NCBI GenBank assembly: GCA_964270895.1
Contig: OZ185439.1
Reading direction: 5' to 3' (one strand)
Origin: Podarcis filfolensis
Taxonomy: Eukaryota
DNA: 64,000 nucleotides
The position numbers were made by a program, and so were the translations under genes. The notes under the pieces were generated by a model. The model saw nothing but the letters and a program-made list of their open reading frames with translations. It had not been told where the DNA came from and did not search any database. This document shows positions 49,701 through 60,625 of the stretch, in pieces (position 1 is the stretch's first letter; each line of letters starts with the position of its first letter).

Positions 49701-51441
49701 AGGAGCACTAGCTCATGTATGGCGAATGGTTCTTGGTCCAGGAATTGATCTGGAGAGCCCACCTGTATCTTCACGAACTGCATCTTCACACAGTAATGGA
49801 AGAAGCTGCCTGTTACTTCCCAAGACCCTTTCCTCCACACTTGCTGTTAGGCAGAAATTATTAACATTCCCAGGCTTCAACAGACAAGAGAAGTGGATCG
49901 CCAACAGGACCCAGGAACAGGGCAGAAGGCGGCACTGACTCCTTCCCCTTCAAACTGGTGCCAGTAGGTTTATTGGACAACATTGTGTTCTGTGCTGTTT
50001 CTAAACAAGAAAGGCGCATTTTCTACTCATTTTCGTGTGTACATAAAGTACAAAGTAGTGGAAATAAAAAACAAATCTCTTAAGAGAGTGGAGTACAAAC
50101 AGCAATCATTTTTTCTAGCTTCACAAAAATTGTCTGTAAGACACTAGGGCTGCAATCCGACACCCACTTATCTAGGAAAAAGCCCCAGAGCCACGGATGC
50201 CATTCTAGAGTTTTCTGAAGCATCCAGAAAGCAAGTGTTGGAAGTTAGATATTGTTCAAGGGGGGGGGGAGGAAAAGATCAAAAATGGTCCATTAAAGAG
50301 AAGCCAATTCATTATTTCTTCCTTCACAAACAAAGAAAACAAGGAAAAGTGTTCTCAAGAGAAACTGTATGCCTTTCTTTAAGAGGGTGCACTTTAGATC
50401 AAGGATAGACTAAAATCTGTATGAAGTTGGAGTTACTAAGGTAACGATGCATTTTTATGAATACCAAAGCAAACAGATGAATAAACCTTGGGTCAATCAT
50501 TAATTCATATTACTATTTTTTAAACTTTGCTAGAGTGATTTAGGTACCATACTTCCTCTTTATTTGATATTACATATGGTATTATTTGATTTAAAAGCAA
50601 ACACTTAACACTGACTTTAAATAAACACTGTTGTCTTTCTTCCCATATTACACTTCTTTTGAAATGTTAAGTTACTGATCATAGTGTGTATGTGTTTTAA
50701 GCTACAAAAACGGTTTCTGATTCAATAAGGTAAAGAATTGATGATTGAGACGAGGGTTGAAAATGCTAAGCTTTTACCAAAAAAGAAAAGAAAAAGAAAA
50801 AAGGCAGTGTATCAAGCACCAGGTCAAAGTAAAAGATTTGGGTAGATAATAATGAAATAGAAAATGCAGAGAATTTGCATTCTTCTGACATTAAATGTGG
50901 TTATTAGATCTTTAAAAGCATAATGTGTACTTGGAAAGAAGTTCTTAAGGCTACTATGTTAAGCACATACTTACTGGAGAGTAAGCCCTGTTCAACTCAA
51001 TAGACTTACTTCTCAGCAAGTTCATATAGGATTGCACTGCATACAACCCTCTCGTGATTTCTAAATACTGTTGGTAAATAACAGATAACTTGAATCTTAA
51101 CAATTTGTATGTGGTGCATGTTGAAGATCAAAGATATATTCACATGGACCATGATTGTCTTTTGTTAGAGCTGTTAGAATCATTTGTGAATGAGGTGAGG
51201 CAGGAAATGTACTAAAGTTACTATGAGAGCGCCATCAAATAGTGGAAAATACAACTTCTTCCTTTTGAGTTTTATTCCACCAAATCCTTTGTTGTTTTGT
51301 CTCTACTTATTCACATATTAGCTATGTCTAGTGACTTATTTAAAAGTTCCATAACACCATTTCAGTAAACAGCAAGGCAATGCAAACTCTCAACATTATC
51401 ATGAACAGTCTTAACAATAAGAACCATTTCCCTACAACTCT

Positions 51442-51596
51442 GCCTGCCCTCTAACTCAGTTGGTTAGAGTGTGGTGCTGATAACCCCAAGGTTGCAGGTT
51501 TGATCCCGTATGGGACAGCTGTATAGCCCTGCATTGCAGGGGGTTGGACTAGATGATCCGCAGGGTCCCTTCCAACTCTACAATTCTATGATTCTA
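51442..51596 (+). mobile_element. tRNA-Ile-like-headed SINE with CR1-type tail
   Basis: Head ctaactcagttggttagagtgtggtgctGATaac...aaggttgcaggtttgatccc. Tail cctgcattgcagggggttggactagatgatcc...ttccaactctacaattctatgattcta. Confidence 0.85.
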
Positions 51597-51629
51597 GATC
51601 GTTCACAAGAAACACTGATCAAGATCAAC

Positions 51630-51780
51630 CTGGAAGTTGGAGTGAGGTGTTGTTGATATGCTGATGACACCCAACTCTTATCCCTTTCATTAAATTCAGG
51701 TGAAGTTATTGACATGGTATTGGTAATGGACTAAATGAATCTTAAATCTGACTGTTGGCGGGTGGTTTGTCTGTCCTGCT
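51630..51780 (+). mobile_element. L2-clade reverse transcriptase fragment
   Basis: GVRCC*YADDTQL from 51639 (YADD catalytic motif, preceded by an in-frame stop). Confidence 0.7.
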
Positions 51781-52668
51781 TAAAATATAAAAGACAATAG
51801 ATCCTTAAAAAATAGCGGGATGAGGACAATCGTGTAAAAATACCACAGCTCTATGAAGAAAAGACCTAAAGGGACCTTGGTATCCCCAGTCCTAGTCTAA
51901 CTCTAATTACTAACACCACACTGGCAGCATTAGCCACTAAAAGCTGGCAGCTGGCAGTCCAGAACAAACCAAATGTTTTTTCCCCCTGAGGTGTGAGGTG
52001 AGCATTTCACAACCAGGGTACTGCCAGCTGATTTTAGAAGATTGGATAATTCAGCATCTGAGAAGGTCTGAACCTCCTCAGCAACAAAGACTTACCGCTA
52101 CAACCAAGAAGACCTGCTGCTTGGCCACTATGTGCTCCTCCTCGGGTGGCAGGAGGGCCCAAAGAGGAAAACCTCAACAATCAGACAGGTTTGTGGGGGC
52201 AGGTCCTAAACTGTACAGGGTTTTATGGTTAAAAACATAACTTGAAGTGTGCCCAGAAATAGATGGGAAGATGTTTTAACATTGCTGGGATGTGCTCTGA
52301 CCAATTCACATGGAGAGAGAATCCATGTTTCAGAGGGGATAATTCTGACCTCCCTCATGTAAAAGCTCCACAATCCTACAGGATATATTTGCCAGTTCCC
52401 TGAACAGATTCTTTCAATGAGTAATTAGCTTCAAGCAGCATGAATGGGCTAGTTTTCTATCAAGAGAGTAAATTTTAGCTGACAAATTAGACAGATTCCC
52501 TAAGGCAACAGCTATGCATCTTTGCCATCTGCACTTAAAAACATGATTTATAATGGAGTCCTGTTTTCTGGGCACTCCTTTCTTCAGGAATGAAGCCTAC
52601 ACTGCATCTTAGATTTCTAGGTAGGGTGATCATATAATCCTGCATTTTCCATTTCCTTTGGTTTACGC

Positions 52669-52913
52669 CAGGAGCCAGCAAACTTTTTCAGCAGGGGGCC
52701 AGTCCATTGTCCCTCAGACCTTGTGGGGGGCCAGACTATATTTTGAAAAAAGAAAGAAAAAAGGAGTTCCTGTGCCCCACAAATAACCCAGAGATGAATT
52801 TTAAATAAAAGCACACATTCTACTCATGTAAAAACATGCTGACCATCCGTGGGCCAGATTTAGAAGGTGATTGGGCCAGACCTGGCCCCCGGGCCTTAGT
52901 TTGCCTACTCATG
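52669..52913 (-). mobile_element. hAT/Charlie-like MITE (inverse copy of the 23282 element)
   Basis: Shares ccccacaaataacccagag..ttttaaataaaagcacacattctactcatgtaaaaacatgct. Flanks GTTTACGC/GTTAACAC (6/8). Confidence 0.85.
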
Positions 52914-53062
52914 GTTAACACAAAATATAATGGCCACGTTACCCAATTTAACATGCTCTTTTAAGATCCATCAGCATATTCTTGGGGGGGGGATTCCCCC
53001 TGCTGATATTTCCTGCTTGTGCATGGATGGTATGGTTTTGGACACAGGAATGTGTCCAACAG

Positions 53063-53203
53063 AGGGATCACTCAGTTGGTAGAGCATGAGGCTCTTAATC
53101 TCAGGGCTGTGGGTTTGAGCCCCATGTTGGGTGAAATATTCCTGCATCGCAGGAGGTTGGACTAGATGATCCTGAGGGTCCCTTCCAACTCTATGATGCT
53201 ATG
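53063..53203 (+). mobile_element. tRNA-Lys(CTT)-like-headed SINE with CR1-type tail
   Basis: Head ctcagttggtagagcatgaggctCTTaatctcagggctgtgggtttgagccccatgttgggtg. Tail cctgcatcgcaggaggttggactagatgatcctgagggtcccttccaactctatgatgctatg. Confidence 0.85.
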
Positions 53204-54320
53204 TGGAGCCTTGGATATTCCTCTTACCATATATGATGATGAGAAACAGGGTTGGGGGCAAACCTGACTAGAGCTGATGGAAGTCCACAACATCTGGAGG
53301 GCTCTGAAGGTGAGGCTGATAGATATGGGAGTGAAGCTAGCATTCAAAAATGCCTGCCTCCCACTCGCCCACCCCATTGCGATCTTGTGTCCTAGAAAAG
53401 CAGCCTAGCCTACTTTCTTCTCCCTGTCTCCTTTGCTCAGCACCCTTTCCCTCACTTGCTTGGCATCTAGTTTTGTGTACAACCTTCATTTACTAAAAGA
53501 GCAAGATTGTCCTTTTAATTATCTTCTGCGTCCCACTCATGATCTGATCCAGACAGTAACCACAGTCCACAAATTTTCTCCCCTTATTTCCCACTGCAGA
53601 GAAACCGCACATCCTACATCCATGCAGCAGCAATCCCATTCTTTTCATACTCACAACACATCAAATCCCACAATAACTCTGCGTCTCACGGCAACTCCTC
53701 TTTTTAAAGCCATGCCACAAAAAGAACTGTTTGTGTGTGTTTTGGTAAGAGTGCACTGGGAAGGAGGAATGGGGCTGCTGTCAACTTCTGGGCGTGATCC
53801 ACTATAAAGTACAGATGGACTAGTTTTCAAATACATTTTATTGTGTAGACGGTTCCCTAATGGAAGTGAAACCCTATCTCCATTGTGAAGATGTACTCTT
53901 GCATCAAGCTGGCATGTATGGGGATTAAATGCAGCAAAGTCCCATCCTGGGCCAATGTTTGATCCTTATCGGTCTTTGACAGCAACATGAGCTTTTGGTC
54001 TTGTTTACACCTTGGCAACACCTGAATGTCTTCTTGTGTTAATAAAATATGACTGAATTTAATTTTATGGAACGAGTGGGGAGGGCATTTACGATGTGGA
54101 AGGGTTTGAGGGAAAGAAGATGGAAAAAGAGCAGGGCGAGGCATGCATATGTGAAAATCCAGTGATGAAGTCATCATGGATTCAAGTTGAAGCAGCAAAG
54201 TTATTTTCAGCTTGGGTGCGGGAGCGGCAGCAGTTGTGAAATGTGTAGAATGTAACACACTAGAGAGGTGTGGGTGGGCAGAGCTATGCATAAGAATCGG
54301 CAGTACAACCTCATAGCTGT

Positions 54321-54484
54321 ACATGGGGAACTGCCTTATAGTGAGCCACACCGCTGCTCCCCCGGCCCAAGATGGTCCCTGACACTCACCTTTTCCAGCC
54401 CTGCTACCCGAAACCATTTTGCCTGGGATGGAACTTGGCACCTTCCTCATCCCAAGTATGTTCTCTGCCATTAAGCTATGCTCC
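54321..54484 (-). mobile_element. tRNA-headed SINE (TAAGGCAGCTTCCTATGT-type tail family)
   Basis: Minus strand ggagcatagcttaatggcagag...ccaagttccatccc...tataaggcagttccccatgt. Relatives near 8268-8335(-), 57500-57620(-), 57750-57915(+) and 61505-61570(+). Confidence 0.6.
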
Positions 54485-55759
54485 TCTAGGCTGCCCTGTA
54501 AGGTAGCGGCTACAAAACCCACAAAGCTCCACACATCTAAAAGGCCAGGGTGGGAGCACAAAGCTCCTCCTGCCATTAGCAGTCCTCACACATCAGGATG
54601 ATGTATTTCCAGTAATTAAGGCGGCTTAATAGTAAAACACTTTTGGACAAATGCCATATTGACATACTTAGCAAATTTAAGGCTACATCAGTTTTCAAAC
54701 AGAAAAGAAACAAGTGGCAAACTCAAACAGCTGCCATGGGCGGCAGAATCCCAAGGGGCAACATGGGCCTGCTGGCATTGTGTGGCTGTGGTTTCATGTG
54801 AGACCTTGTGAGAGCTCTGACAGATCTCACTGGAAGTCACCGCTGCTGCAAGACTCAGGTAGGCAAGGTTTGGGAGGGGGGCACACTCCCATTTTGTCTC
54901 ATGCTGCCCCTGACAAGTAGGGCCCTGCAACAAAAAGCTGTCGTGTGGAGGCTCCCAGCCACTCTTCCAATTCAGCTTCCCCCTGGATTTTTGCCCTTTC
55001 AAGCCAGTATTTCATGATGAGGATGCTCAGTCTTTAATGGACTCTTTTCTGGGGTTTAAAAAAGAGGGTGGGGTAGGGCGGGCACATATGTGCTCAAGGG
55101 TGTTTTAAGAGTGCACAATGAACACTTGTGCTTGAATTGTTTAATTTATCCATTGATGTTCATGGGCAGCCTGGCCTTCCATCCCTCAGTTTCTCAGTGT
55201 GAACCACAGTCACCTATGCAGAAGGAGATGGTTCTTTCAAGGTATGTGTGTCCTTCTCTTTGGCCTCTGCATTCAAGCCCATCCTCTACCTATAGGCAGT
55301 GTCCTCCCCCCACCTGTAGCCAATACTGTACTCCATTACCCTGAGTTGTTAGAGGGAACTTACAAGGGTTTTCAACCCCATGGCACCTGGTTTCAAAATA
55401 TATATTTTTTGTGCACCTACAAACCTTAGATTTCAGCAAGACAGCCCATAGCTCATAGGGATGGTGAAGCTCCCTGAGCATAGGAAGAATCAGATTGATA
55501 TTAGTATTTATGATATCTTACAGTAAATAGTTTTCATAGTTGGGTGGAAATACATGTGCAAATTAAAATAAGCACACCCTGTCATAGGAGAACAGCCACA
55601 GAAGGAAATATAAACTGGTTACATGTAAAAACACAGAATACATTTTAAAAACCTTCTTGGCGTTCAAACTCTTGAATTCCTGTTTTTCCTCAGGAGCAGC
55701 TATGGAAGAAGGGCTAACTTTGAGAGGAACTCGTCTTCCTCCCTTGCCAGGGAAGTGGC

Positions 55760-56360
55760 GAGCTGGGCTCCCTCCTGCCCCTTCGGGAGAGTCTCCTGCG
55801 GAAGGTCGGGAGCAGGAGGACTGGCGCAGGAGCTGCGCCCCCTTCTCCTTGGGCGCGAGTGGGAGCCGCGTCGCGCGTGTGGAATCAAAAGCTGCGCTGG
55901 CTGGGAAGCGAGGCCACGAGGCCCCCGCCTCCCGCGAGAAGCAGGCAGGAAAGGGCGGGGATTCCTCCCTGGCGAGGCCGCGGAGGGCGAGCGGCTCAGG
56001 CCCAGGCCTGCCTGGAGCGGCGGCGGCGGCGGGGCGGAGCGAGGCCTCGAGCCGGGCGGCCATGGCGTCTTCGGAGGCGCCGCCCGGGGAAGAAGCAGCA
56101 GCAGCGGCGCTGCTGGCCGCCCTGGCCGCGCGGCTGACGGGGAGCGCCGAGCAGGAGGAGCAGGCCGCGGCGCCCGGTCGCCTGGCAACCGTGGGGCAGA
56201 TCGCGGCCCTCTTTCGCGACCCGGCGGGCAGGTGAGGGCCGCGGGGGGCTGGGGCCGGGCTCCGTCACGTGTGGACGCGCTGCCGCGTGTCTTCCTGCTG
56301 GGGCGGGTGTGGTTTTGCCTGCGTCTCGGAGGAGGGACGGGACGAAGCAGGCGTGGGGGG
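55760..56360. promoter_or_regulatory. CpG island / ATXN10 promoter and exon 1
   Basis: Abrupt very GC- and CpG-rich block in otherwise CpG-depleted DNA. GC boxes (GGGCGGGG near 55953; GGGGCGGAGC at 56031-56040). No TATA box seen. Confidence 0.9.
56062..56231 (+). CDS. ATXN10: Ataxin-10 coding exon 1
   Basis: Strong Kozak GCGGCCATGG. MASSEAPPGEEAAAAALLAALAARLTGSAEQEEQAAAPGRLATVGQIAALFRDPAGR; ALFR..R matches human ALFKEQRNR. Donor AG|gtgagg is phase 2, as in human. Confidence 0.85.
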
Positions 56361-57749
56361 GGCTCGCTTCCTCCTCCTCTAATTCTTCTTGGCGATTTTG
56401 TAAGGAAGCCTCCAGAACCTTCAAGTCCCCCGTTTCTCCCTGCAGTTGGGCTTATATCTCTGTCTGTCTAGAAATACAAGGCGTCCAAAGTTCATGCTGC
56501 TTCTCTTCGCTCGGCTGGATGCTGTGGCTTTTTGTAGGCGGAAGTTGCTTGGTGGGGTATAAATACTACTACTGCTACCGCTACTAATAACAACAACAGT
56601 AGCACTAATATGATTAGTTATACCCCACCCATCTGGCTGCATTCAGCCGCTCTGGGCCGGTTCCAACACGTATGAAAACATAATAAAACGTCAAACATTA
56701 ATAATAACAATCAGATCCAATACAGAAAAGTCACAATAACTTTAAAATAAGTAACTTATATCAAATAAAGCAATATTCAATAGTCGATTAGAATATAATG
56801 GCAAATATTAAAATTAAATATCAGCAAATAATAAACAGTTTCCACTTGGGAATTGCAATAAACAATTACTAAACTGTAATTAATAAAAATCACAATGCAT
56901 AAAATATCAGAAAACATACAGAACCATGTATTTAAAAATATATCTGAATTTCTTTACAGTGAAAAGTAATAATACGATATAGCTTTATTATTATAATAAC
57001 AAAGCTACAAATCTTATGTAGAAGATGCTGCTTTTCAGCATCTTGCAGGTTCCGTGTACATTCCTCACCCTAGTTCAGACAGTTTAAGAAGAAGCATACT
57101 AAGAACCAGTTCTTTGACTCCAAGCTTTTTCTTTTTTGGTAACATAGTTTTTATTCATTCTCATATTGTAAAGCGTTTAACATTAAAGTGTATGACATGC
57201 AACATTTACATAAAATTAAAAATAAAGCAGCAAGAAACACAGAGTTAAATGTTTCTGAGTGTATTAGCAAAATTATGTCAAAGTGTATCTATCAAAATTA
57301 TTACAATTATTACGGATATGAAATGATGCATAGTAACATGTAATGACCATAACTAACATGTATTTTGTATTAATAACAATTAGAATTTATAGGAAGGGGC
57401 AAGGGAGAGGACCAGGGGGAAAAATAAAAGACATGGTAATAAAACTGCTAGCCCATTTGCACATGCCTGCCCAGGTCTTTGGATACTGGGAGCCATGGAA
57501 GTGTCCTTACACTGAGGCGGACTGGCTACACGGAGCGGCAGTGGCTCTGCCAGCCCTGCCTGGAGGCTGAACCTGGGACCTTCTGCATGCAGAACAGAAG
57601 CTTTGCCCCTGGGCTGTGCCATGCAAGGAGGTGTGTCTGCAGTTCCACTTTAGGAAAATAAGTCTGTGGGAAATACTGAAGTACACATCAGTCCTGGCTT
57701 AATCTTTTAAAATTTCACATCTTGTCTTCATTCTGTGGCTCCACAGGAA

Positions 57750-57915
57750 GGAATGTAGCTCAGTGATAGAGCCAGTTCTGCATGGAACTTCAGTCCTGTT
57801 ATCTCCAGGTAGTGCTAAGAAAAATTCCTCTCTGAAACGTTGGAGAGTTCCTGTCTTCCCTTGGGTAATCCTGAGCTAGCTGGATCAGTGGTCTGAAGTC
57901 AGCTCCTTATATTCC
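57750..57915 (+). mobile_element. tRNA-headed SINE, same family as the 54321 copy
   Basis: gtagctcagtgatagagc...tctccaggtag...tctgaaacgttggagag...ctgagctagctggatcagtggtctga..cagctccttatattc. Confidence 0.65.
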
Positions 57916-58225
57916 AGTTCAGGCATCCATCGTCCCCAGAGCTGCTGTGTTTCAGCAAGATGGTTTCATCATATCCTAAGGCAAGCGATGCAGCCACCTT
58001 GGTGAAGCTAAGCAGGTCTGGGTGTAGTCAAAGCCTGATGGGATACTGCCTAGAAGCTCTACTTAACTTGAAAAGTGGGTGTAATAAACAAACAGAATAA
58101 TTCACCTTTTGACTTGCCCTGGGAACTTAAGTTCAGAATTTAGAATAACTCGCAATTTTTATGAATTCTCTTCACAATTTTATGAAGCTTGTAGAGGCTG
58201 GAGAAAATACCTGAGTTCATGGGTA

Positions 58226-58576
58226 AAGGTAAAGGTAAAGGGACCCCTGACCATTAGGTCCAGTCGTGGCTGACTCTGGGGTTGCGGCGCTCATCTTGCT
58301 TTATTGGCCAAGGGAGCCGGCGTACAGCTTCTGGGTCATGTGGCCAGCATGAATAAGCCGCTTCTGGCAAACCAGAGCAGCGCACGGAAACGCCGTTTAC
58401 CTTCCTGCCGGAGCGGTACCTATTTATCTACTTGCACTTTGACGTGCTTTCGAACTGCTAGGTTGGCAGGAGCAGGGACCGAGCAACAGGAGCTCACCCC
58501 GTCGCGGGGATTCGAACCGCCGACCTTCTGATTGGCAAGTCCTAGGCTCTGTGGTTTAACCCACAGCGCCACCCGT
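58226..58576 (-). mobile_element. Young full-length Sauria-type SINE in ATXN10 intron 1
   Basis: Reverse complement of the Sauria consensus with many CpGs retained. Perfect 11-bp TSD GTTCATGGGTA at 58215-58225 and 58577-58587. Confidence 0.95.
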
Positions 58577-58786
58577 GTTCATGGGTACCTATAGTAAATA
58601 TTTCAAAGCCAGGGTAACCCTTTATTTGCTATATTTTTTCTATCCCTATCAAGTACAAAATATGCAAAACAGCTTGGATTAGCTTTTTAAAAAAATATTG
58701 CATGGTACAAATGATATTCTTCTTTCATGTATATTTTTTTAATGTACTGTTGATGCTGTCTACTTTATATTTATTTTTCTTTCCAG

Positions 58787-58978
58787 GGAAAAAGCATCAG
58801 AAAGCCTATTCCAAGATCTCCTGCAAATTTTGAGGAAGGCATCTTATGAAATTGATGTAACCTACAAGCAAAATAATACACTGGAACACACAGATTCATT
58901 GTTCTTGTTGGTATCAGAATGTTTCAGATGCCTTCGGAATGCTTGTGTTCAGTGTACCAAGAATCAGAACGTTATGAG
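58787..58978 (+). CDS. ATXN10: Ataxin-10 coding exon 2
   Basis: tttccag|G...ATGAG|gtatga, 192 nt. EKASESLFQDLLQILRKAS...SECFRCLRNACVQCTKNQNVMR; ECFRCLRNAC is the diagnostic ataxin-10 motif. Confidence 0.96.
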
Positions 58979-59956
58979 GTATGATTATTGCCCCCATACT
59001 TGCATAGTTTTTTAAATGTTAAATTACAGTAACTTGTTTCACCCAACTGAGCTCATAGCCGATTTAACTTTTGAAGCAGGCTCTCTTTGAAATACATTTC
59101 ACTCCTCACTAGTTCACTTCACTTTGCTGTATACTCTTGGCGTTTGAGTGGAAACCTTGTGAGTGAATTGTCCACATTTGTTAAATTGTGTGGCTCAGGC
59201 TAACTGACCAGTGTGTAATCATTATATATCTACATATTCTCTGAAAGTAAATTAATCTGCAAGAGAATCAAGGGTGCATGAACACAAGATTTATTCTGAC
59301 AACTTTTTTCTTTGATTTGCTCTTTTTAAAATACTCGTGAAGTGAGATTTCATAGACTTTATCTTCACCAAGTCTTGTGATTATTTAAGATCTGATTTTT
59401 TTTTGTTAGTCTTGCATCTGGATTACTTAATATTTGTTGGCTGCAAGGATGTGCATTTTATTTGCCCCTGAGGTCGGGTGAATTCTGGGGTGTTCTTCAT
59501 GGGATTTAAAGTGCACTGCAGCAGGGAGCGTTGTGTATCCATGAAGGTTCCCTGCACAGTTGAAAACCCGGATTTTCTAGAATTGTCAGTTGTGCAGGGA
59601 GCATTCATGGCTGGACAAGGATCCTCAGTGCAGAAGTGCACTTTAATCATGTGAGGGGTCAGAACAAGTTGTTAGTTATTTTGAATCTTTATGTGACTCT
59701 TTATCTCTTGCCAGCTCCTCACCATGAAACCCCCCTCCTGTCTGTTTTCTCTCCTGGTGTGCCTTGCCACCTTAGGACTTTTTATATTCATTCCTTTTCA
59801 TAATTGCCCAGTATGACCTCCCTTTCCTAGACTTCTCTGGGCCTGTTGTTTTTTAAGCTACAGTATGTTCTTTCCAAGTATTTTTAAAACCATCTTCCTC
59901 CCCTTGGCTTTTCTTCCTACTCAGCCCCTTTCTGTCACTCTTACCTTACTCAGTCA

Positions 59957-60146
59957 CAGATAGGTAGCCGTGTTGGTCTGCCATAGTCAAAACAAAAAAA
60001 AATTTTTTCCTTCCAGTAGCACCTTAAAGACCAACTAAGTTAGTTCTTGGTATGAGCTTTCGTGTGCATGCACACGAAAGCTCATACCAAGAACTAACTT
60101 AGTTGGTCTTTAAGGTGCTACTGGAAGGAAAAAAATTTTTTTTGTT
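59957..60146. mobile_element. Penelope-like element (PLE) terminal fragment with fold-back inversion
   Basis: gtagccgtgttggtctgccatagtc...ccttccagtagcaccttaaagaccaactaagt..ggtatgagctttcgtgtgcatgcacac resembles sauropsid PLE pseudo-LTR ends. Perfect 12-bp TSD CTTACTCAGTCA at 59945-59956 and 60147-60158. Confidence 0.85.
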
Positions 60147-60326
60147 CTTACTCAGTCAATTACTCCTAGGGGAGTTCACCACCACAGAATTTATTTATTA
60201 CATTACAATATGTATTACAAATTTAGGACTTTATATTATGATACAGCTTTGTATAAAGCACTGGCTTCTCTGCTTTTTTTTTTAATTTCAGAGAATTTTA
60301 AATTTAAAACTGTTCTTTTATAACAG

Positions 60327-60409
60327 AAACCTGGGGCTAATTGAGGCATCTGTACACTTGATCCAATTACTTCACAAATTAGAAACTAACCTGGAGTCAT
60401 TATTGACAG
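60327..60409 (+). CDS. ATXN10: Ataxin-10 coding exon 3
   Basis: taacag|A AAC...ACAG|gtaaga, 83 nt. NLGLIEASVHLIQLLHKLETNLESLLT, compared with human NLDTIGVAVDLILLFRELRVEQESLLT. Exon 4 is not found in the window. Confidence 0.93.
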
Positions 60410-60625
60410 GTAAGATATTGCGGGGGCTACGTACATAAGCCCACATAGCTACTAACTTACAGACATGTTTACTTGCCTGTGTGCTCACACATACCTAAGA
60501 AAAGACAACCCTATTCCAGCTGAACAAAAAGACTTTACATGTCCAGCCTCCATCTCCATGTTGTAGAACTCTTAGAACTGTGGAACTGTCCTGATTTCCC
60601 CCCGATGCTCTGTGGCTTTCTTGTA

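Noticed and set aside
51442-53140. tRNA-Ile and tRNA-Lys genes
   Set aside because: The acceptor stems and B boxes are degenerate (GGTTTGA rather than GGTTCGA), there is no T-run terminator, and both run directly into a CR1-type tail, so they are SINE heads.
53857-54576. 239-aa minus-strand ORF, the longest in the track
   Set aside because: It has no recognisable domain, runs through a SINE remnant, and has no splice or Kozak support; most likely chance.
55563-56471. Several long overlapping ORFs on both strands at the ATXN10 5' end
   Set aside because: These are the expected stop-codon depletion in a CpG island. Only the frame containing ALFR..R|gt splices to exon 2.
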